The translations under genes and the position numbers were made by a program. Below are positions 51,261 through 59,086 of a stretch of DNA of 59,086 nt, piece by piece (position 1 is the stretch's first letter; every line of letters begins with the position of its first letter). Below the pieces are notes generated by a model that saw only the letters and a program-made list of their open reading frames with translations, was not told where the DNA came from and ran no database searches. The stretch spans positions 1-59,086 of the forward strand of contig JANMQY010000004.1 in assembly GCA_031370785.1 (NCBI GenBank), read 5' to 3'. The stretch is from Candidatus Eiseniibacteriota bacterium. Lineage in GTDB: Bacteria > Eisenbacteria > RBG-16-71-46.

Positions 51261-52553
51261 ATGAGATTCCCGATCGCGGTCGCCTCAAACCTCGTGCTCG
51301 CGCTGCTGGTCGCGCCCGGCGCGACGAGGGCAGCGTCGGGCCCGGTTCTAGTGACTCCCGATTCCTCGAGCGTGTTCGAGTTCCCTCCTTCCTCCGAAGA
51401 GCACGGACCGGCCGCCAATGACGAATTCGGAGACGGTCGCTGGCTGCGCACACCGTTTGGCGACCGGCTGCTCACCGACCCCGACGTGTGGCGCGGCCGC
51501 GCCCACGGGCAGGACGTCGGGCTCGCGCTCGACTACAACCGGGTCGACGCGCTGCGGCTCGGCGCTTCCTACGAGATTCAGGACCCGAGCACCATGGAGC
51601 CGCGCGTCGGTGCGCGGATGGAGTATGCCTTCGGGCGGGATCGGGTGCTGTACGGCGCGCAGATCGAGCAGCCACTCGCTCCTCCGGGCCGGCTCGCGCT
51701 CGGCGTGACCATGGTGCGGCGCACCGATCACAGCGACCTGCAGCAGGTGGACGACCTCGAGAACAGCCTGGCCCTGCTGTTCGGCCGGCAGGACTACCGC
51801 GACTACTTCGAGCGCGAGGGCTTTGGCGCCTACCTGTCGTGGCGCGTGCCGGACTTTTCGACGGTGAGCGTCCATGCGCGCAGCGACCGCTACCGCTCGC
51901 TGCCGCTGAGCGACCAGACGCGCTCGTGGTTCCACGCCCGGCGCCCGCTGCGCGACAATCCGGCCATCGACGAGGGCACCGCGCACACCATGACGCTGCG
52001 TCTCGAGCGGCTCGCCCACCGCACCCGGCGCACGCGGGCCGGTCTCTACCACTGGATCGAGCTCGAGCGCGCGGGACGCGGGCTGGGCGGCGACTTCACC
52101 TACACCCGTGCGCTCGCCGACGTGCGCAGCGTGGTGCGCCTCTCGCCTGCGACCACGCTGACCTTGCGCGTGGTCGGCGGCCACAGTCTGGACGGCACGC
52201 TTTCGCGCCAGAAGGAATTCACGCTCGGCGGTGCGGATGGTCTGCGTGCCCACGCCTTCGACCTTTATCGTGGCGATCGCCTCGCGCTGGCGCAGGCCGA
52301 GTACGATGTGGGGCTGTGGCGGCTGCGCGCGCGCGGATTGGCCGGTGAGCTGCATGCGATCGCGTTCGTCGACGCGGGCCGCGCGTGGCGTGCGTCCGGG
52401 CCCGGCTGGGATCTCGGCCGACAGCACGTGCAGGCCGACGGTGGCTTCGGAATCGGCACGGCCGAGGACAACCTGCGCGTGTACTTCGCGAAGAACCTGC
52501 AGGACCCCGGCTCCGCCTTCGTGATCAGCGCGAGGCTGCAGCGCCCGTTCTGA
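51261..52553 (+). CDS. BamA/TamA (Omp85)-like outer-membrane barrel protein
   Basis: Signal peptide, DYNRVD.L.LG, LGGADGLRA, F.DAGRAW and C-terminal RLQRPF. AGGAGG RBS. Confidence 0.75.
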   Translation: MRFPIAVASNLVLALLVAPGATRAASGPVLVTPDSSSVFEFPPSSEEHGPAANDEFGDGRWLRTPFGDRLLTDPDVWRGRAHGQDVGLALDYNRVDALRLGASYEIQDPSTMEPRVGARMEYAFGRDRVLYGAQIEQPLAPPGRLALGVTMVRRTDHSDLQQVDDLENSLALLFGRQDYRDYFEREGFGAYLSWRVPDFSTVSVHARSDRYRSLPLSDQTRSWFHARRPLRDNPAIDEGTAHTMTLRLERLAHRTRRTRAGLYHWIELERAGRGLGGDFTYTRALADVRSVVRLSPATTLTLRVVGGHSLDGTLSRQKEFTLGGADGLRAHAFDLYRGDRLALAQAEYDVGLWRLRARGLAGELHAIAFVDAGRAWRASGPGWDLGRQHVQADGGFGIGTAEDNLRVYFAKNLQDPGSAFVISARLQRPF

Positions 52554-52563
52554 CCCGGACCCC

Positions 52564-53280
52564 GTGCCCTCCCCGCTCCCCACGCTGTCCGCCCGCCCTC
52601 GCCGGCTCCGCCTTTGCGGCGCGCTCGTCGTGCTGCTCACGCTCGGCGCCGCGCGCGCGCATGCACTCGAGCTGACGCTCGAGCCGCCGCGGGAAAGCGC
52701 GGGCCGGGTCTGGATCGGCGTCCACCTCTCCGATCTGTTCGAGGACCGCGTGGCGCAGAGCCTGTCGCGCGGCATGCCGGCGACGCTCGAGCTGCACGCC
52801 GAGCTGTGGCGCAAGCGCAGCGGCTGGTTCGACCGGATGGAGTCGAGCTACGACGCCGCGGTGCGGATTCGCTACGAGGTGTGGAACGACTGGTACCTGG
52901 TGGAACATCCGGGCGAGGCACCACTCACCTTCGGCAGCCTGGACTCGGTGAGCCTGATCCTTTCGCGCCCGATCGCGCTGCCGGTGGGCCGCATCTCCGC
53001 GATGCAGGAAGATGGGCGTTACTACGTCGCGGTGTCGGCCACGCTTAAACCCCTGAGCGTCGAGGATGTCGAGGAGGTCGAAGGCTGGCTCTCGGGCGAG
53101 GTCGAAACCAAGCGTCGCGCGGGCTTTGGAGTGATCACCGAGCTGCCGCGCGCACTGTTCGACGCGGTGCGCAACTTCGCGGGCTTCGGCGATCATCGGG
53201 CGCGCGAGCAGACCCCGCAGTTCATACCCACCGAGCTGTCGCCCGAGATCGCGGCGCCCGGCTCGGCCTCGTCGCGCTGA
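52564..53280 (+). CDS. DUF4390-like exported protein
   Basis: Signal-like N-terminus, SLSRGMPATL, ELWRKRSGWFD, IRYEVW. The family is commonly linked to ntrY/ntrX loci. Confidence 0.72.
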   Translation: MPSPLPTLSARPRRLRLCGALVVLLTLGAARAHALELTLEPPRESAGRVWIGVHLSDLFEDRVAQSLSRGMPATLELHAELWRKRSGWFDRMESSYDAAVRIRYEVWNDWYLVEHPGEAPLTFGSLDSVSLILSRPIALPVGRISAMQEDGRYYVAVSATLKPLSVEDVEEVEGWLSGEVETKRRAGFGVITELPRALFDAVRNFAGFGDHRAREQTPQFIPTELSPEIAAPGSASSR

Positions 53281-53289
53281 AGCGAGGCG

Positions 53290-54303
53290 CTAGGGCAGCA
53301 GGGTGACCCGGGTGGCCCGGCCGCTCTCGCCGCGCACCCGTGCGAACAGCACGCCGGGACCTGCCGGCCAGCCGGCCGCGTCGCGTCCGTCCCATGCCCA
53401 CAGTGTCCCGCCCGCGATTCCGGCCGGCAACACAGTCGCAAGCTTGCGACCGGCGATGTCGAACAGATCGAGCGGGGAGCCGGTCACGCCCGCGCGAGAG
53501 AAGCGCAGCGAGCCGCGGCCCGGGTTCGGGACGGCGGCCAGCGCGAGCGGCGCGGAGGCGCCGGCCAGCTCGGTCATGAACCCGGCGAGCCCGCTGACCG
53601 CGGCCGGCGGGGTGAGATTCGAATTCTCGATCGAGTGGGAGTAATTGGCCAGCGCATCTCCGAACAGCGCGCGAAAATCCTCGGCGAAGATCTCGTGCGG
53701 GCGATTCGCGTGCGCGGCGCCCGCGCTGTAGACGGACTCGTTCTGGATTCCGCGCAGAGCGCGGTAGCGCTCCCAGCGCCCGGTGTCCGCGTCGGGGAAC
53801 AGCGCGTACTGCACCACGTGGCCCAGCTCGTGCACGAATTCCGCGTGCTGATGCTCGTCGCTCAGCGGCCTCACTCCGGGCGCCAGCAGGATGAGTCCGG
53901 ACCCGGCCGCGGAGTCGAGCCCGCCGCGGCGCGGATACGGAAGCAGGTAGATGTCGACGCCGATCGAGGCCAGCGGGAAGTTCACCTGGCGCAGCGCGTC
54001 GCGCACGACCGAGGCGGTGTACGGATGAAATGCGCCATCTCCGGGGTTGCTGATCACCGGGTCGGTCGGGCTGGTCACGAGCTCGAAGCGCTCCCCTCCC
54101 GGAAGCGTCAGGAACAGCACGCCGTTCTCATTCTGCTGGCAGAAGTCGCGCAGGGTGGACTCGGCGTCGTGAATCACGATCCCGTGAGCCGAGCCGCTGC
54201 CCACCAGTTCGTTGGTGCGCGCGCTCACCGCCAGCGTGCCCATGCCGAGAGCGGTGCCGAAGAGCCCCAGCAGAAAACGACGTACGAATGCGAGCAGGTC
54301 CAT
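53290..54303 (-). CDS. Secreted HEXXH (zincin-like) protein with C-terminal FlgD/T9SS-CTD-like domain
   Basis: HELGH plus EIFAEDF. C-terminus PNP...LDLFDIAGRKLATV...WDGRDAAG..AGPGVLFARV. Confidence 0.72.
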   Translation of the reverse strand: MDLLAFVRRFLLGLFGTALGMGTLAVSARTNELVGSGSAHGIVIHDAESTLRDFCQQNENGVLFLTLPGGERFELVTSPTDPVISNPGDGAFHPYTASVVRDALRQVNFPLASIGVDIYLLPYPRRGGLDSAAGSGLILLAPGVRPLSDEHQHAEFVHELGHVVQYALFPDADTGRWERYRALRGIQNESVYSAGAAHANRPHEIFAEDFRALFGDALANYSHSIENSNLTPPAAVSGLAGFMTELAGASAPLALAAVPNPGRGSLRFSRAGVTGSPLDLFDIAGRKLATVLPAGIAGGTLWAWDGRDAAGWPAGPGVLFARVRGESGRATRVTLLP

Positions 54304-54543
54304 GCCCAAATCTAACGCGACAAATATGCCAGCCGAAGAACAGGAATCATGGAGTGCCCGGGTTTTCGTGGATTCGCTCAAGCGCCTGTCAGACAGGTGT
54401 TTGAACCAATGGTAGCAGGCCGGAGCCGGCGGTCGTTTCCGCTGCGCGGATGGTTTGCGAGGAATGGCTGCGGCAGGGCACCCAAACACATCGCCCGCCG
54501 TGGGCGGGACTACCCATGGCGGACGACGCGCAGAAACGCTGGA

Positions 54544-55788
54544 TCAGGCTCCGGCGTAGGGCGCTGCCGGAGCGACCGGCGGCATGGGCGTGGTGGGGAT
54601 CGACGTGTCGGGAACGATCTCGCGCGGTTGGGAGCCGAAGCGCGAGAGCAGGAATGCACCGGTTCCGATGGTCGAGAGCGCGGCCAGGAGCAGCACTCCG
54701 AGCAGGTCGAGGAACAGCGCCAGGGTGCGGACGACGCCCGATCCGGTCGCGAACAGCGCGCCGGCCACGAAGAACGCGGCGATGAACGCGGCGCCGGCCG
54801 CGATCGGCGCCATGGCGCCGCCGCTTCCCGGCGAGCGCCGCAGGATCTTGCAGCCGAGCACGTAGGACGCAGCCACCTGACCCGCCCACGTGAGGAAGTG
54901 GTAGAAGATCGGCAGCAGGAGAGCGACCGGGACCCCGATCACGGTCACGAGCAGGAGCACGATCGTGATGATTGTGAGCGGGAGCGACGCAATGCCGAGC
55001 AGCAGCGAAAGTCCGGTACGGCGTGACGAAGTGATCGCCGCGCGCAACAGCCGCTCGGGGAACAGCATGTTCAGGATCCACGCGAAGAACAGCGTGATCA
55101 GCCATCCGATGACGATCAACCCGAGCAGCACGGGCAGCGCGGGCAGGCCCCAGGCGACCGGGAGCAACCCGAGCGAGACGCTCTGGCCCCTGATGCTGGC
55201 GCCGGGCGGCTGGCGAACCACCCCTCCGACCGCGACCACATCTCCGTCGACGGAAGCTCCGGGCTCGACGTTCACGTTTCCGAACACCGAGACCACGTTG
55301 CCCGTGACCGTGCCGCGCACGGTCGCTGAGCCAAAGACCGCGACCACGTCGCCCTCGATGCGCTCGCCGGGCCCGACCTCGGCGTCCGAGAACACGCGCA
55401 CCATGCATTCGCCGTCATCCACGTGCACGGCCGGGCCCAGGATCTGGATATTGCTGCGGGACGAATCTCCGATGTCGACACCGGGGATGTTGATGGAGCG
55501 CTGAGTTCCGTTGATCTCGAGGGTGCCGTGCAGACCGTGGCGCCTCTTCTCGCCGGGCACGACATCGGCCGCGGACGCTCCTCGATCCACGCGCACGCCG
55601 TTCTCGTCGATCGTGACGCGCTTGATCACGCGAGCGGTGTCCACCGGTGCGGCCGCATGCGCCTCGAGCGCGGCGCCCAGCGCGAGCAGCAGCGCGAGCA
55701 CTCCGGCCGCGGCCGCGACCCCGAGACGGCGCATCCGATGCGCATCGAGCGCCGCCGACTGCGCCCGGACTTGGGTACGACGCGCCAT
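54544..55788 (-). CDS. Membrane protein with polymer-forming (bactofilin-like) repeats and C-terminal TM bundle
   Basis: GDVVAVFGSATVRGTVTGNVVSVFGNV..EPGASVDGDVVAVGG, then several TMs. Third gene of the ECF operon; start is 55788 or 55815. Confidence 0.75.
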   Translation of the reverse strand: MARRTQVRAQSAALDAHRMRRLGVAAAAGVLALLLALGAALEAHAAAPVDTARVIKRVTIDENGVRVDRGASAADVVPGEKRRHGLHGTLEINGTQRSINIPGVDIGDSSRSNIQILGPAVHVDDGECMVRVFSDAEVGPGERIEGDVVAVFGSATVRGTVTGNVVSVFGNVNVEPGASVDGDVVAVGGVVRQPPGASIRGQSVSLGLLPVAWGLPALPVLLGLIVIGWLITLFFAWILNMLFPERLLRAAITSSRRTGLSLLLGIASLPLTIITIVLLLVTVIGVPVALLLPIFYHFLTWAGQVAASYVLGCKILRRSPGSGGAMAPIAAGAAFIAAFFVAGALFATGSGVVRTLALFLDLLGVLLLAALSTIGTGAFLLSRFGSQPREIVPDTSIPTTPMPPVAPAAPYAGA

Positions 55789-55792
55789 TCTC

Positions 55793-56419
55793 CTAGAAGC
55801 CCAGTACGCCGACATGGCGAGCCCCCCTTGCGCCGCGACCGCGCGGACGCAACATCCACCACAGCACCAGAGCGCATGCCAGAGCCGCAGGCAGCAGCGC
55901 CATTCCCACCGCACGATTTCCGAACAGCGTGGTCAGGGCACGGCCGAACGGCGCGAAGTGCGCTCCGGCGGCGTTCAGCGCGGACCAGCCATTGACCACG
56001 TTCAGGACCGCGAACGCCGCGGCATTGAGCGTGAACACCGTGAGGCGGACCAGCGAGTGCGAAGCGGCGGCCGACAGCGCGCCGATCTGTCCGATGGTGC
56101 CCGGCCGGAAGAGCCAGAGCGCGAAAGCAGCGAGACTGCCGCCGAGCAGCGTCCCGTACGCCCATCCCGCGGCGTGTACCCAGCGGCGCCGGCGCTGACG
56201 CGACGGAAGCACCCGGTCCATCACCCGCTCGGTGAGTGCATCCCCTGGATCCCAGGTGGGCGTCGTGTCCAGCGCAGCGAACACACGCGTGTAGAGCGCC
56301 AGCTCGGCGGCGCACTCCTCGCATCCGGCGAGGTGTTCGCGGAAGCGCTCGGCCGCGCTCGCGTCCAGCTCGCCGTCGAGATAGGTCTGGACGGTTTCCA
56401 GTCGGGAACAGGGCTTCAT
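55793..56419 (-). CDS. Zinc-finger (zf-HC2) anti-sigma factor
   Basis: C......YLDGEL......HLAGCEEC followed by TMs. ATGA overlap with the sigma gene. Confidence 0.92.
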   Translation of the reverse strand: MKPCSRLETVQTYLDGELDASAAERFREHLAGCEECAAELALYTRVFAALDTTPTWDPGDALTERVMDRVLPSRQRRRRWVHAAGWAYGTLLGGSLAAFALWLFRPGTIGQIGALSAAASHSLVRLTVFTLNAAAFAVLNVVNGWSALNAAGAHFAPFGRALTTLFGNRAVGMALLPAALACALVLWWMLRPRGRGARGARHVGVLGF

Positions 56420-56988
56420 GAGGTCTGACCTTTGATGCGGCTCTTGAGCAGCGCCCTCGCGCGGTGGATCCGCGCCTTCACGGTGCCGAGTGGAAGCTTC
56501 AATGCCTCGGCGATTTCCTCGTACGACAGATCCTGCTGGTGTCTCAACATTACGACGATCCGGTAGTGCTCGGGCAGTGAGTCGATCAGGTCCCTCGAGC
56601 GTCTTTCTTCCTCGGCGTGAACCGTCACTTCATCGGGCTTGAGGCCCGGGTCTTCCACTTCGATCGTCCACTCCTCGTCGCTTTCGGCGTCGCGCCGGAA
56701 CAAGGAGATCGGACGGATCCGCTTGCGTCGCAGGTGATCGATCGCCAGTCGCGAGGCGATGGTGAAGAGCCAGGCGGCGAACGGCCGGTCCAGATCGTAG
56801 CGGTCGAGCGCCCGAAACATCCGGACGAAGGTTTCCTGAGCGAGATCCTCGGCGTCCTCACTGCTCCGTACCATGCGCAGAGCGATCGAGTACACCTGGC
56901 GCTGGTAGCGCCTGACCAGTTCCCGGTAGGCTCTTTCGTCGCCCGCTCGGCACCTTCGGATGAGTTCGGACTCGTCGCTGCTATCCAC
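56416..56988 (-). CDS. ECF RNA polymerase sigma factor (SigW/RpoE-like)
   Basis: GDERAYRELVRRYQ, DAEDLAQETF, FAAWLFTIA, LSYEEIAEAL.LPLGTVKARIHRAR. Confidence 0.96.
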   Translation of the reverse strand: MDSSDESELIRRCRAGDERAYRELVRRYQRQVYSIALRMVRSSEDAEDLAQETFVRMFRALDRYDLDRPFAAWLFTIASRLAIDHLRRKRIRPISLFRRDAESDEEWTIEVEDPGLKPDEVTVHAEEERRSRDLIDSLPEHYRIVVMLRHQQDLSYEEIAEALKLPLGTVKARIHRARALLKSRIKGQTS

Positions 56989-57009
56989 GCCGGTCCCTGG
57001 GTATCCGCC

Positions 57010-57036
57010 TACGCGCGGCCGGGGGCGTAAGTTTCA
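57010..57036 (-). promoter_or_regulatory. Autoregulatory ECF promoter
   Basis: Minus strand reads TGAAAC-N17-CGTA directly upstream of the sigma gene, resembling the B. subtilis SigW/SigM consensus. Confidence 0.7.
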
Positions 57037-57113
57037 TGGAGCTGCACGATAGGTGGGGCCCTGTGGAGGGTCAAGGATGTCCCGGCTTCGAGAAGTGACA
57101 CGAGGTGCCGGGC

Positions 57114-58438
<1,325 letters not shown>

Positions 58439-58532
58439 GCCCGATTTCGTCCGGACGCTGCCACGAGGGCGGCGTCGCGCGCCTCACGGCCGTGCGCTTG
58501 CGCGGCTCCTACCCGAGAAGGACAGGGAAGTC

Positions 58533-58898
58533 ATGCGCGACATCGGTTCCCGCATCAACCGCTATCGACTCTCACGCTACGCGCTGCCCGTGGACAAGAT
58601 CCGGCGTCGCCTGCGCTGGGCGTGGCTGCTCGGCGCGCTCTGGTTGATCTGGGTCGGGCTGGTCAGCGATCACAGCCTGCTGCGCATCTGGAGCCTGAAC
58701 GGCGAGAATGCGCAGACCGGACGCCAGCTCGCCGAGATGCGTGGCGAGATCGATCGGCTGAACGCTCAGCTCAAGGATCCGGCCGCCGAGCGGCGCCTTG
58801 CCGAGCGCATGCTGCGCGAGAAGAGCGGCATGGCGCGGCCCGGCGAGATCGTCTACCGCATCCGCGCCGGCGCTGTCGACACGCTCGGGCGAAGGTAA
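58533..58898 (+). CDS. ftsB: Septum formation initiator (FtsB/DivIC family)
   Basis: One TM, a coiled coil, and E..LREKSGMARPGE.VY. Canonical position after eno. Confidence 0.8.
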   Translation: MRDIGSRINRYRLSRYALPVDKIRRRLRWAWLLGALWLIWVGLVSDHSLLRIWSLNGENAQTGRQLAEMRGEIDRLNAQLKDPAAERRLAERMLREKSGMARPGEIVYRIRAGAVDTLGRR

Positions 58899-58910
58899 CG
58901 GAAGCGCGCG

Positions 58911-59086
58911 CTAGAACCCGTACGCCAGCCCCATGCGTGCGGAACCCCCGCCGACATCGAGCTGGAACGGCTTGCCGTCCGGATAGCGGTAGATCGGCTG
59001 CCGCGTCTCCTGGTCGAGCATGTTGTTGATCTGCGCGCTCCGGTACAGCACGCCCAGCATCACCGAGAAGTGCGAGGCGAAGAACA
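58911..59086 (-). CDS. 3' end of a probable outer-membrane beta-barrel protein (partial)
   Basis: Manual translation gives ...FFASHFSVMLGVLYRSA...LDVGGGSARMGLAYGF*, ending in a Y-x-F beta-signal. Confidence 0.6.
   Translation of the reverse strand, partial: FFASHFSVMLGVLYRSAQINNMLDQETRQPIYRYPDGKPFQLDVGGGSARMGLAYGF

Overview
This is a GC-rich bacterial chromosomal window with no integrase, transposase, rRNA, tRNA or CRISPR array that I can recognise. The gene content suggests a diderm FCB-related candidate lineage such as Ca. Eisenbacteria, but that is inference only (lpxH, a PorV-like barrel, FlgD/CTD-type and 'W-x-x-I-K-x-x-Y' C-termini). The left part holds selB and the conserved rho-rpmE-DUF1385-prfA-prmC-murA cluster, broken up by accessory genes and two pseudogenes. 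The middle holds a sigma-54 two-component system, lpdA, a double 5'-nucleotidase, amiC, degP, lpxH and a PorV-like gene. The right holds ArsR-ppx, rlmN, an NtrY/NtrX-like system, an ECF sigma/anti-sigma operon, eno and ftsB. The most striking unexplained element is a co-oriented module at 41044-45326: a small secreted peptide precursor, a receiver-less TPR-GAF-AAA+ sigma-54 activator, a sigma-54 promoter and a ~420-nt non-coding RNA made of seven consecutive hairpins. I read it as a candidate peptide-sensing (RRNPP-like) to sigma-54 to sRNA signalling circuit. A second sigma-54-driven sRNA candidate lies at ~19175-19292. ECF promoters and several leaderless-gene signatures are also visible. 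All family calls come from motif recognition by eye; no database search was run.
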